From positions 576,001 through 640,000 of the forward strand of contig CAWEMM010000006.1 in NCBI GenBank assembly GCA_963810095.1: a stretch of 64,000 nt of DNA, in the 5' to 3' direction. Shown piece by piece: positions 19,308-29,636 of the stretch. Made by a program: the position numbers and the translations under genes. Source of the stretch: an uncultured Chloroflexia bacterium (GTDB lineage Bacteria > Chloroflexota > Anaerolineae > CG2-30-64-16). Below the pieces are notes generated by a model that did not search any database, was not told the origin of the DNA, and saw nothing but the letters and a program-made list of their open reading frames with translations. How positions within the stretch are numbered: the first letter of the stretch is position 1; each line of letters starts with the position of its first letter.

Positions 19308-19933
19308 TCAGAGTACTTATGGCAGACGACCATGCGATTGTCCGCCGCGGCTTGCGCCAAATTCTGAATGAAGGCAGTTCGACGTGCCAGGTGGACGAGG
19401 CGAGCACCGGACAAGAGGTGCTCAAGAAGGTCTATGACGGCGCGTTCGACATTCTTGTGCTCGACATTTCCTTGCCCGACCGCAATGGGCTGGAATTGGT
19501 GCGTGAGATCAAGAGTGTTAAGCCCGCGTTGCCCATCCTCATGCTCAGCGTCCATCCCGAGGAGCAGTACGCTATTCGGGCGCTCAAGGCCGGCGTGGCG
19601 GGGTACTGTAACAAGGAAAGTGCGCCCGAGCAGCTCGTGCAGGCGATCGAGCGAATCGTGGCCGGCGGCCGCTATATCAGCCCGACGCTGGCCGAGACCC
19701 TGGCAGCGAATGTCGGCGGCGACAGCGAGCGGGCCCCTCACGAGGCCCTGTCCGATCGGGAGTTCACGGTGCTTCTGCGCATCGGCGCGGGGAAATCCGT
19801 GAGCGAGATTGCGGACGAACTGGGGTTGAGCGTCAAGACTGTGAGCACGTATCGGGCACGGATTCTGGAAAAAATGAACATGGGAACCAATGCCGACCTG
19901 ATTAGGTATGTAATCGATCATCAGCTGGTGTGA
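19304..19933 (+). CDS. NarL/UvrY-family response regulator (REC plus LuxR HTH)
   Basis: MADDHAIVRRG, LDISLPDRNG, LSDREFTV...LSVKTVSTYRARI. Confidence 0.95.
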   Translation: MIRVLMADDHAIVRRGLRQILNEGSSTCQVDEASTGQEVLKKVYDGAFDILVLDISLPDRNGLELVREIKSVKPALPILMLSVHPEEQYAIRALKAGVAGYCNKESAPEQLVQAIERIVAGGRYISPTLAETLAANVGGDSERAPHEALSDREFTVLLRIGAGKSVSEIADELGLSVKTVSTYRARILEKMNMGTNADLIRYVIDHQLV

Positions 19934-20039
19934 ATCGAACGTAGATTAGACTGCCTGGACGAGCTGTCAGCTTTTCCGGGGCGGGCGCGGGATCAATCGG
20001 ATCAGTTCAGTCAGCGTGTATTGTGTAGTGGTGTAGTGA

Positions 20040-21384
20040 GTGAGTGCTATGGGCAAGTTGAGTCGAATTGATGGATCGAACGGGAATGGGCACGAGGCTG
20101 CGGCGCCTTTGATCGGTCGAGCCTTTTGCCGGCTGGACGCCGCGGCGGGTGATTACCGCCACCCTCATCGTCCTGGCCATCGCGGCCGGGTTCCTCCTCC
20201 TGTTTCGCTTTTACATGGTCGTGTTTCTGTTCCTCGTCGCCGTCATGCTCGGGACCGCGACGAAGCCCGCCGTGGGTTGGCTGGAACGCCGCGGCATCCG
20301 CTCTGAAATTGGGCTGATCCTGGTCTATATTGCCTTATTGGCGCTGCTGGGCCTCTTTCTCCTGCTGATTGTCCCCATGTTGGCAGGGCAGGTATCAAGC
20401 GTTGTCGACAAGCTTCCGGAACACTATCGCGAGCTGCGGCAGGGCTTGATCGACTCTGATAACCGGTTCATCCAGCGGCTGGCGCTGGGCCTGCCTCTCA
20501 CCATGGCGTTCTCATTGTCGCCCGCCGCAGCACCGGCGCCCACCGACAACGCTGCCCTCGCTGCGATTGGCCCCGCGCTGCAGGTTTTCGGTGGGCTCGG
20601 CAGGGTGCTCTTTGTGATCATCGCGATCTTGGTCCTCGCCTATTACTGGGTGCAGGAAGGCGAGGTCCTCATACGGCGGGTGGTCCTGATGTTTCCCCCG
20701 GAGCGCCGCGAACCGGCCCGCACGCTCTACGGCGAGCTGGAAGGGAAGGTGTCGGGCTATTTCCGCGGCCAGGCGATCCTGTGCCTGGCCGTCGGGCTCC
20801 TGGTGCTGATCGGGTACCTCATCATCGGGCTGCCGTACGCCCTCGGTCTCGCCCTGATCATGGTGGTTTGCGAGGCGATCCCCATGATCGGGCCACTGCT
20901 CGGCGCCATCCCTGCGATGATCGTCGCCCTGACGCTGGCCCCCGACAAGATCGTGGCGACGGCGATCGTGATCTTCGTGGCGCAGATGTCTGAGAACCAT
21001 CTCCTCGTGCCGCGCATCATGGACCGATCGGTCGGCGTCAACCCGATCATCACGATCCTCGGCATCGCAGCATTCGGTGCGCTGTTCGGGTTCGCCGGTG
21101 CGCTGCTGGCCGTGCCGCTGAGCGCGATGGTCCAGATCATCGCCGCACCGCGATGTTCCGGGCCCCCGCATCCGCAGCCGATGAGGTGGGGCGGGGCCGG
21201 GCAAGCATCCTGCGACTCGCCGCGCAGGAACTCGTGCAGGACGTCCGCAAGTCATTCGCACGCCGAGCCCGAGACATCCACGCTGGTGGACCCGGACGTC
21301 GAACGCGCCGAAGATTTGTTGGAGGCGATCGCAGTCGATCTCGACAAGATGCTGACCGACTCGGAAGGGGAGGAGACGGCATGA
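20040..21384 (+). CDS. AI-2E (PerM) family transporter 1, probable frameshifts near 20120 and 21150-21260
   Basis: YFRGQAILC, IPMIGPLLGAIP, ENHLLVPRIMDRSVGVNP, GALLAVP; start uncertain (20040-20149). Confidence 0.85.
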
Positions 21385-22571
21385 AACGTTTCGCCATCTC
21401 CGTTGCGCTCGTCTTTGCGATCCTCCTGTTGGCCGTGGTGCTCTGGCGCATCTCGACCATCGTGTTTGTCTTTATCGCGTCCTTGGCGATTGCGGCGGCC
21501 ACGCGCGGCCCGATCGAAAGACTCATGGACTACCGCCTGCCGCGGCCGCTTGCCGTGCTCGTCGTATACGGCGCCATGGTCGCGCTGCTGCTCGCGCTGG
21601 GCTACTTTGTGTTTCGCACCCTGGGCCGCGAGTTAGGCAATATCTCCGAAGATCTCACCACGATCTACCGGACCGTGGCCATTCGCTGGGGCGGCGGCGT
21701 GCTGCAGAACTCGCCTGCCCTGGCGGCCCGTCTGCCCACGCCGGAACAGCTCGGCCAAATGCTCGCGGCCGGCCAGTTTTCTGGGCTGGTCGGCCAACTC
21801 GTGGGGTTCACGTCGGGCATCGCCGATTTTCTGACCCACGCCGGTATTGCGCTGGTGGTCAGCATCTACTGGATTTCCGACCGGCTGCACTTTGAGCGGC
21901 TGCTGCTTTCGCTGCTGCCCGCCACCCAGCGCACCCGGGCGCGGGCCATGTGGCGCACGCTCGAGGAAGGGGTGGGCGCATACCTGCGGAGCGAGCTGGC
22001 GCAGGGTGTGCTGGCGGCGATCTTGCTGGCGCCAGCCTTTGCACTGCTCGGCCTGCGCTACCCGGTCTTCTGGGCCCTCGTCGGCGCACTGCTTTGGTTC
22101 ATTCCGCTCGTGGGTGCGCTGATCTTCCTGGTGCCCTTGTGGTTGATCACGTGGGTCCAGAATGGGGCGGGGATTGCCACCGGCGCGGTAGTCTACAGCA
22201 TGGTGGTCTTCACGTTCCTCGAGCTCGTGGTCGAGCGCCGCCTGGTCACGCCTGAGGGGCGCAGCAACATCCTGGTGCTGCTGGTCATGCTGGCGATGGG
22301 CGAAGCCGCGGGCCTGGTCGGTCTTCTGCTCGCGCCGCCGGTCGCCATGGCGGTGCACATCTTCATCACACAGCTGATCACCCCTGCCATGGCGACGAAC
22401 GTGCCCGAGGCGCTCTCGCCCACGGTCGAGCAGTTGGAGACGCGCCTCGACGAGGTGCGCGGGCTGGTCAGCGGGTTGGAAGCGGGCACCGCGCCTCGGT
22501 TGGCGAACATGACCGAGCGGATGGGCGAACTACTGCAAAAGGCCCGCGAGGAGGTGGGCGACGCGGCATAG
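21381..22571 (+). CDS. AI-2E family transporter 2
   Basis: ATG at 21381 overlaps the upstream stop; GAYLRSEL, FIPLVG, GLVGLLLAPP; C-terminal helical tail. Confidence 0.85.
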   Translation: MKRFAISVALVFAILLLAVVLWRISTIVFVFIASLAIAAATRGPIERLMDYRLPRPLAVLVVYGAMVALLLALGYFVFRTLGRELGNISEDLTTIYRTVAIRWGGGVLQNSPALAARLPTPEQLGQMLAAGQFSGLVGQLVGFTSGIADFLTHAGIALVVSIYWISDRLHFERLLLSLLPATQRTRARAMWRTLEEGVGAYLRSELAQGVLAAILLAPAFALLGLRYPVFWALVGALLWFIPLVGALIFLVPLWLITWVQNGAGIATGAVVYSMVVFTFLELVVERRLVTPEGRSNILVLLVMLAMGEAAGLVGLLLAPPVAMAVHIFITQLITPAMATNVPEALSPTVEQLETRLDEVRGLVSGLEAGTAPRLANMTERMGELLQKAREEVGDAA

Positions 22572-22704
22572 TGGGGCTGGCATCATGTAGGACTGCGGCG
22601 GCCTGCGCGATCGCCCTTGTCCTACAGGCGTTAACAATACGCACTGATACGAGCCTCGCGACGAATGGAGTAGACTTGGGAATCCTGATTGAAGCTAGGA
22701 AAGG

Positions 22705-23019
22705 ATGATTGAGATGAACGACGACGTACTGGGTGGAATGTGGAAGCAGATTAAGGGGAGCGTGAAATCGACATTCGGCAAGCTGACCGACGACGATCTC
22801 ACCGAGATCGAAGGCAACTCGGACAAGATGGTCGGCAAGTTGCAGGAACGCTACGGTTATTCCCGAGCGGACGCGGAGCGTGCGTGGAACGACTTCCGGG
22901 CCGGCGCAAACAGCAAGTCGGACCAGGCCGCGGCTGAAAAGCACCTCGACAAAGCGGCCGACGAAGCCGGCGACGCGATCGACGACGCCAAGAAGGGTCT
23001 GCGCCGCGCGCTGGACTGA
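22705..23019 (+). CDS. CsbD/YjbJ-family stress protein
   Basis: GMWKQIKGSVKSTFGKLTDDDLTEIEG..DKMVGKLQERYGY. Confidence 0.92.
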   Translation: MIEMNDDVLGGMWKQIKGSVKSTFGKLTDDDLTEIEGNSDKMVGKLQERYGYSRADAERAWNDFRAGANSKSDQAAAEKHLDKAADEAGDAIDDAKKGLRRALD

Positions 23020-23133
23020 TAGAAAAGCGAGCCGGACGCCGAATGATTAGCCCGAGGCACGGGGCGGCTAGGCCTGCCCGCGGCCTCGGGCCGGCCATGC
23101 GGCGTTTGCCTCTTAACTAAAGAGTCAAATCAC

Positions 23134-23184
23134 GAACCGGGTTTCCCCTGCCGGCGCGCCGGCGGACGAAACCCGGTTCTTCTT
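23134..23184 (+). terminator. GAAACCCGGTTTC-type palindrome, probable terminator
   Basis: GAACCGGGTTTC...GAAACCCGGTTC stem then TTCTT; same arm family as 38906-38955. Confidence 0.6.
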
Positions 23185-23427
23185 CATCTGCCCCGTAGGT
23201 CTGGCCTTAGCGCACTTCCCGCACCCTGGCGTCCGTTCTTCGCACTCTTCGCGCTTCGTGAGCTTCGTCCACCTTGGCGCCTTCGCGTTCCAGAGCGCCC
23301 GCGTTCGCGAAATCTTGCACCGCCCTCCTCCGCTCGCGCGAATTCTACCACTTTGCTTGCATTGCGATAGAATACACGACGCCGGCTATGTCTGCCGCTG
23401 CGAACCCCCCGGTTCAAGGAAGATATC

Positions 23428-26163
23428 ATGCGCCCACCAGTCACCCTCAAAGTGTTCAGCCTTGCGCTGACCCTGATGCTGTTGATGACCAGCGTGCCCG
23501 TGCTGGCCGCACCGCCCACGCCGGCCGCCGAAGCGCCGGTTGGCTCGCGTCTCGCGCTCGCCCGCCTCGAATCACAGGTTGGGGACGTAGAGGTCAGCGT
23601 CAAACGCGGCCTCAACACGGCGTCGTTCGTGGGCCTGCCCCGCAACGGACCTGCCGTCGACCTGGGCGGCCTGACACCTCGCCAGCAGGCCATGTCCTTC
23701 TTCTCCGAGTACGGCAGCCTGTTCGGCATCCGCGACGCGGGGGCCGAACTCACCCCTAAGCCCGCCGCGGGCGACCTTGCCGGCGGCAGCCACCTCCCAT
23801 TCGCTCAGACCTACCGCGGCCTGCCCGTCTTCGGGGGCGAACTGCGCGCGCACTTCGGCGGCGATGGCCGGTTGGTGGCAGCGAACGGCGCGTTTGTGCC
23901 CGATATCGCCGTGAGCACGGCGCCCGGGTTGACGCCCGAGCAGGCGGCCGAGGCTGCGCTTGCGTCCGTCAAGGCTGCCAATCAGGACGTCATACGGCAG
24001 GACTTCGCCGTGACCGCTTCTGAACTCCTCATCTACCGGACCGGGCTCGTGCAGGGTGTGCCGGGCGAGAGCTACCTGGCGTACCGGGTGGAAGTGAGCA
24101 ACGGCGCCGACGTGCGCGACCAGGTTTTCGTCGACGCTCAAACGGGAACGGTGCTTGACCGGTTCCCGATGATGGACAACGCGCTGTACCGCGAGTTGTA
24201 CAGCCCCACCCTCGTCCCGGCCAACCTTAAGTGGAAAGAGGGGGACCCGTGGCCAACCGATACCGAGTATCAGAGTATCCTCAACGGTACGGGCGAAGCG
24301 TACAACCTATTCGGCAGCATGACGAACGGCGGCTGGCTGTCGTACAACAGCCTGGACGCGGTGATGAAGTCGATCGCCAAATACAATCCGGGAGGCGGCT
24401 ACTGCCCGAATGCGAGTTGGAACGGCGTCAACACCCAGTTCTGCACAGGCGTGAGCGGTGACGACACCGTTGCCCACGAGTGGGGCCATGCCTACACCGA
24501 ATACACGCACAACCTGATCTATGCGTGGCAGCCGGGCGCCCTGAATGAATCCTACTCGGATATCTGGGGTGAAACGGTCGACCTTCTTAACGGCCGCGGG
24601 AAGGATACGCCGGCTGGACTGCGGACGACCGACGGCTTGGCGTGCTCGCAGGTGGCGTGCGGGTCAGCGGCGCCGAAGACTGACAACACCTACCGCTGGG
24701 TTTCGGGCGAGGACGATCCGGGCTTCCGCTGCCCGATCCGCGATATGTGGCGACCCGACTGTTACAGCGACCCGGGCAAGGTCGTCTCGACCAACTACAC
24801 GTGCACCACGGCCGACGGCGGCGGCGTGCACTCGAACTCGGGCGTGCCTAACCACGGCTTTGCGCTCACGGTCGATGGCGGTACGTACAACGGGCAGACC
24901 ATCACCGGACTCGGCCTGACCAAGGCGGCACACCTCTACTGGCACGCGCAGCGCTTCTACCAGACCAACACGACCGACTTCGCCGACCATGCTGACGCGC
25001 TGGCGGCTTCGTGTCAAGACCTGAAGGGCCAGCCGCTGTACGACCTCAAGACGACCGGCCCCGCCACCTGGGGCGCGGCCACGGCCGCGATCACGCAGAC
25101 GGACTGCGACCAGTTGCCCAAGGTTGCGCTGGCCGTCGAGTTCCGCACCGCGCCAAGCTGTAGCTTCACGCCGATGTTCAACCCCAACCCGCCGGCCCTG
25201 TGCACGAACGCCGGCGACAGCCCACAGAATCACTTGTTCCAGAACTTCGAGTCGGGCCTGGGCGGTTGGACCACGCAGCAGACGCCGGTGCACCCCGATA
25301 CCTGGCAAGACCGCCCGTGGACTGTGAAGACGAACGCGCCCGACGGTCACCCCGGCCAGGTTGCCTTCGGCCCAGACCCCGTGGTGGGCGACTGCGCGAA
25401 CGACATGGAGAACGGGGTGACGTCGCTGCTCAGCCCGGTTATCACCATCCCGGCGGGCGCCGCGGCGCCCGTAAAGATGGCATGGGATCACCTGGTCTCG
25501 ATGGAGATCGACTACGACGGCGGCAACCTGAAGGCCAGCGTCAACGGCGGTGCGTGGACGCTCGTGCCGGCGTCCGCGTTCACCTTCAACCCCTATAACT
25601 CAGCACTTGCGACCACCAACAACGACGATCCAATGGCCGGACAGGCCGCCTGGACCGGCGGCGACGGCGGCGCAGTGAGCAGCAAGTGGGGGCAAAGCCA
25701 GATCGACCTGTCCAAGATCAGCGTCGACCCCGGCGACACGGTCCAGTTCCGCTGGGACGTCGGCTCGGACGGCTGCAACGGGTGGGACGGATGGTACATG
25801 GACGACGTGCGGGTCTACTCCTGCGCACCGTGCGTGACGCCCAACATCCCGGCAGGGCTGGGCATCACGGCGCCCAATGCGACCACGGTCAACCTGGCCT
25901 GGTCGGCCGCGACCGGCGCCAGCCAGTACGAAGTGTGGACCTCGCAGAACGCGCCCTATTTCGACATCACGGGCAAGTCCTGTGCCAGCCCCGCACCCTA
26001 CCAGTGCTCGACTACCGCGGGCACGGCCTACAGCGCGGCCGATCTCGGCAACGCGGCGGTCAACCACAACTACGTCGTGCGCGGGGCCAACAGCTGCGGG
26101 CAGGCATCGGGCAACTCGAACCGCGTTGGTGAGTTCGATTTCAGCCTGGTCAAAGGCGGATAA
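23428..26163 (+). CDS. Secreted thermolysin-family (M4) metalloprotease with C-terminal accessory domains
   Basis: Signal peptide; FTP/PepSY propeptide (QTYRGLPVFGG, VFVDAQTG); AHEWGHA; GALNESYSDIWG; GGVHSNSG; Fn3-like tail. Confidence 0.93.
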   Translation: MRPPVTLKVFSLALTLMLLMTSVPVLAAPPTPAAEAPVGSRLALARLESQVGDVEVSVKRGLNTASFVGLPRNGPAVDLGGLTPRQQAMSFFSEYGSLFGIRDAGAELTPKPAAGDLAGGSHLPFAQTYRGLPVFGGELRAHFGGDGRLVAANGAFVPDIAVSTAPGLTPEQAAEAALASVKAANQDVIRQDFAVTASELLIYRTGLVQGVPGESYLAYRVEVSNGADVRDQVFVDAQTGTVLDRFPMMDNALYRELYSPTLVPANLKWKEGDPWPTDTEYQSILNGTGEAYNLFGSMTNGGWLSYNSLDAVMKSIAKYNPGGGYCPNASWNGVNTQFCTGVSGDDTVAHEWGHAYTEYTHNLIYAWQPGALNESYSDIWGETVDLLNGRGKDTPAGLRTTDGLACSQVACGSAAPKTDNTYRWVSGEDDPGFRCPIRDMWRPDCYSDPGKVVSTNYTCTTADGGGVHSNSGVPNHGFALTVDGGTYNGQTITGLGLTKAAHLYWHAQRFYQTNTTDFADHADALAASCQDLKGQPLYDLKTTGPATWGAATAAITQTDCDQLPKVALAVEFRTAPSCSFTPMFNPNPPALCTNAGDSPQNHLFQNFESGLGGWTTQQTPVHPDTWQDRPWTVKTNAPDGHPGQVAFGPDPVVGDCANDMENGVTSLLSPVITIPAGAAAPVKMAWDHLVSMEIDYDGGNLKASVNGGAWTLVPASAFTFNPYNSALATTNNDDPMAGQAAWTGGDGGAVSSKWGQSQIDLSKISVDPGDTVQFRWDVGSDGCNGWDGWYMDDVRVYSCAPCVTPNIPAGLGITAPNATTVNLAWSAATGASQYEVWTSQNAPYFDITGKSCASPAPYQCSTTAGTAYSAADLGNAAVNHNYVVRGANSCGQASGNSNRVGEFDFSLVKGG

Positions 26164-26185
26164 AGTCGCCGGCAGGGGATGATTC

Positions 26186-26258
26186 ACCACAAAGACACGA
26201 AGACACGAAGTTGCGCTGAAACACTGTACTGAGCTTCGTGGCTTGGTGTCTTTGTGGT
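26186..26258. repeat. ACCACAAAGACAC-type palindromic repeat, copy 2
   Basis: ACCACAAAGACACGAAGACACGAAG...CTTCGTGGCTTGGTGTCTTTGTGGT. Confidence 0.8.
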
Positions 26259-26295
26259 TAAGCCCCGGGCACAAACAGGCAGCAGGAGTTGATCG

Positions 26296-27075
26296 GTGGA
26301 CGTTCGAGCATATAACAAAGAGGCCTGGGACCGCCAGGTGGCGGAAGGCAACCCGTGGACCTTGCCCGTCACGGCCGAGACGATCGCCGCGGCCCGACTC
26401 GGCCGGTGGAGCGTGGTGCTGACCGCGGTCAAGGAGGTCCCCGCGGCCTGGTTTCCCCCACTCGCGGGGCTCGAAGTCCTCGGACTGGCGTGTGGCGGGG
26501 GACAGCAGTGCCCGATCTTCGCAGCCGCGGGTGCAAACGTCACCGTCCTGGACAACTCGCCGGCGCAGCTGAGCCGGGACCGCGAAGTGGCGCAGCGCGA
26601 GGGCCTTCGCCTCCGCACCGTGGAAGGTGACATGGCGAACCTTTCGGCGTTCGCCGACGAATCGTTCGACCTGGTGTTTCACCCGGTTTCGAACGTGTTT
26701 GCCGCGGACGTGCGGCCGGTCTACCGCGAGGCAACCCGCGTGCTGCGCCCGGGTGGCGTGCTGCTGGCCGGCTTTATGAACCCCGACGTATACATCTTCG
26801 ACCGCGATGCAATCGACCGCCGGGGCGTGCTGCGCGTCAAGTACAAGCTGCCCTACACCGATGCCCGGGACCTGCCGAAGGGCGAGCTGCAAGCCATGTT
26901 CGAGAAGGGCTGGCCGCTCGAGCACAGCCATTCGCTCGAGGACCAGATCGGCGGGCAGTGCGACGCGGGGCTGCAGGTGACCGCGTTCTACGAGGACCGT
27001 TACGCGCCAGAATCGGGCGACATCCCCTCGCGCTACATGCCGTGCTTCTACGCGACGCGGGCGGTGAAACGGTAG
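26296..27075 (+). CDS. Class I SAM-dependent methyltransferase
   Basis: VLGLACGGGQQ, VTVLDNS, GDMANL, SFDLVF, RVLRPGG. Confidence 0.92.
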   Translation: MDVRAYNKEAWDRQVAEGNPWTLPVTAETIAAARLGRWSVVLTAVKEVPAAWFPPLAGLEVLGLACGGGQQCPIFAAAGANVTVLDNSPAQLSRDREVAQREGLRLRTVEGDMANLSAFADESFDLVFHPVSNVFAADVRPVYREATRVLRPGGVLLAGFMNPDVYIFDRDAIDRRGVLRVKYKLPYTDARDLPKGELQAMFEKGWPLEHSHSLEDQIGGQCDAGLQVTAFYEDRYAPESGDIPSRYMPCFYATRAVKR

Positions 27076-27078
27076 ATC

Positions 27079-27149
27079 ACCACAAAGTCACGAAGACACA
27101 AAGCTCACCGAGCACTTGGTGAACCTCGGTGTCCTGGTGCCTTTGTGGT
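27079..27149. repeat. ACCACAAAGACAC-type palindromic repeat, copy 3
   Basis: ACCACAAAGTCACGAAGACAC...GTGTCCTGGTGCCTTTGTGGT. Confidence 0.8.
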
Positions 27150-27173
27150 AGGCCAGCGTTCCGGAGGGGAGCC

Positions 27174-27935
27174 ATGTCCCGCATTTCTGAGTATCGAGCC
27201 GAACTGCGCGGGTTGACCGACTGGGACCCTTACCTGCTGGCACACTCCGGTCTGCCCGGCCCGCGCGGCAACCTGGAGCTCGCCCACGCCGTTGCGCAGG
27301 AAGGCACGGAGGAGCAGTTCCGGCGCTGGGCCGCGCTGACGCCCGAAGCGGCGCCCGAGAACACTCCCCAAGCATTTCTCGCGTTCTGCGGGGTGCTAGG
27401 CCTCGGCGCCATCCTTGCCCGCCGGCAAGGGACCAGCGCGGCCGAGACCTCTCCCTTGCAGGCTCTGCGCACCCTTGCCTCTGACCCGCGTTGGCGCATT
27501 CGGGAAGCGGTAGCCACCGGGCTGCAGCTGTGGGGCGACGCCGACATGCCGGGTCTACTCGCCGAAATGGCCGAGTGGGCCGGTGGAGGGTACTACGAGC
27601 AGCGGGCCGCGGCCGCCGCCCTGTGTGAGCCACGCCTGCTCGCAGCTCCCGAAACAGCCGCGTCGGTCCTCGAGATCCTCGATCGCATGACTGAAGGGAT
27701 TGCGGCGGCTCCGGCCGCCGACCGCAAGTCCGAGCCGTTTCGCACCCTCCGCCAGGCGCTGGGCTACTGCTGGAGCGTCGCCGTCGCCGCCGACCCGGCG
27801 GGCGGACTGCCGCTGATGGAACGCTGGGTGATCCACCCGGACCTTGACGTGCGCTGGATCATGCGGGAGAATCTCAAGAAGAAACGCCTTGCCGAGTTTG
27901 TGAGCGGCGCGCCGCAACTCAAGCCACGAGAATAG
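27174..27935 (+). CDS. HEAT/ARM-repeat-like conserved protein
   Basis: RBS GGAGG; SGLPGPRGNLELA, ASDPRWRIREAVA, DVRWIMRENLKKKRL. Confidence 0.75.
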   Translation: MSRISEYRAELRGLTDWDPYLLAHSGLPGPRGNLELAHAVAQEGTEEQFRRWAALTPEAAPENTPQAFLAFCGVLGLGAILARRQGTSAAETSPLQALRTLASDPRWRIREAVATGLQLWGDADMPGLLAEMAEWAGGGYYEQRAAAAALCEPRLLAAPETAASVLEILDRMTEGIAAAPAADRKSEPFRTLRQALGYCWSVAVAADPAGGLPLMERWVIHPDLDVRWIMRENLKKKRLAEFVSGAPQLKPRE

Positions 27936-27942
27936 GGAGACC

Positions 27943-29632
27943 ATGAAACCCGCTTTCGACACGTACTATAAATATCAGGCGCTGAGTGAAATCCTCAGCA
28001 CGCTCGCCGCCGAGCATCCCGCCATCATGGCGCTGAGCACCCTTGGCAAGTCGCACGAGGGGCGCGACATCCCGCTCGTCATCCTGACCAACCAGGCGAC
28101 GGGGCCTGACCTTGAGAAACCCGGGTTCTACGTCGACGGCAATATCCACGCCACCGAGTTGACCGCGTCTGTGGCCACCCTTTACCTCGTTAACCGCCTC
28201 GTGCAAAGCTATGGGTCCGACGCCAAGATCACCCGCATCCTCGACGAACAGGTGGTGTACGTGGTGCCGCGGCTCAACCCGGACGGTGCGGAAGCCGCGC
28301 TGGCGGATCGGCCCCGCTTCGTCCGCTCGGGAACCCGGCCTTACCCCTATGCCGAGAAGCAGGAGGGCCTGCACGAAGAAGACGTCGACGGCGACGGCCG
28401 CATCCTCCAAATGCGCATCGCCGACCCGACCGGCGATTGGAAGGTGTCGGACCGCGACCCGCGGCTGATGGTCAAGCGCGCGCCGGACGACGAGGGCGGG
28501 CAGTACTACCGGCTGTTCGATGAGGGGCTGCTCGAAAGTTACGACGGCGTCATGATCAAGCCCGCGCGGGCGTTTGCCGGCCTCGACTTCAATCGAAACT
28601 TTCCGGGCCAGTGGCGCCCCGAGGGCGAACAGGTGGGCGCGGGCGCCTATCCGGGTTCTGAGCCGGAAATCCGGGCAGTGGTCGACTTCATGGCGCAGCA
28701 CCCCAATATCTACGGTGCACTCACCTACCACACCTTCTCCCGCGCGATCCTGCGCCCCTACGGGACGAAGAGTGACGACGAGATGGACACGCAGGACAAG
28801 TGGGTGTTCGAGGCCATCGGCGAGCGGGGCACCGAGCTCACGGGCTATCCCTCGGTCTCGGTCTACCACCATTTCCGCTATCACCCGAAAGAAGTCATCA
28901 CGGGCGTTTTCGACGATTGGCTCTTCGACCACAAAGGCATTTTTGCGTACACCGTCGAGCTGTGGGACCTGCCCACGGCGGCAGGCGTCGAAGAGAAAAG
29001 CAAAGACAAAAAGTTCATGGATTGGTTCCGCAAGCACCCGGCGGCAGACGACCACAAGATCCTCGACTTTGTGGCGCAGCACGCGCCCGACGCCCTCGTG
29101 CCGTGGTACGCCTTCGCTCATCCCCAGCTAGGCCCGGTTGAGCTGGGCGGCTGGAACCCGATGTACAGCTGGCGCAACCCGCCCCACTCCCTGCTGGAAG
29201 CCGAGGTGGCGCCGCAGTCAGACTTCGCCATCGCCTTTGCTTCGCTGGCGCCGCGGCTCCGCTGGCGTGACGTCAAGGTAACCCCCCTGGGCGAGGATGC
29301 CTACCACATCCTGGCGGTGGTCGAAAACGCCGGTTTTCTGCCGACCTATGTGTCACAGCGCGGCGCTGACGATGAAGGCCGTGCGCCCTGTGCGACTGGA
29401 AATCGAGCCGGGAGAAGGCGTAGAGCTGGTGGGCGGCAAGCAGAAGACCGAAATCGGCCAACTCGAAGGCCGGTCAAACAAGCTCGACGTGGCCGAACTC
29501 TGGGCCGCCTCGCCGACCGACAACCGCGGCAAGGCCGAGTGGGTCGTGCGGGCCAAACCCGGCGCCACTGCCGTGCTGTCTGCCGTCAGCGAACGCGGCG
29601 GGACCACCAGGCACACCGTGCATCTCGGCTAA
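27943..29632 (+). CDS. M14-family zinc carboxypeptidase, apparent frameshift near 29360
   Basis: GNIHATE, PRLNPDG, DFNRNFP, SEPE, TYHTFS; C-terminus continues in ORF 29297..29632. Confidence 0.9.
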
Positions 29633-29636
29633 GCGG

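Noticed and set aside
23220-23300. CTTCGC-rich low-complexity tract upstream of the M4 gene
   Set aside because: Looks like a decayed half repeat with no partner arm or ORF; too weak to call
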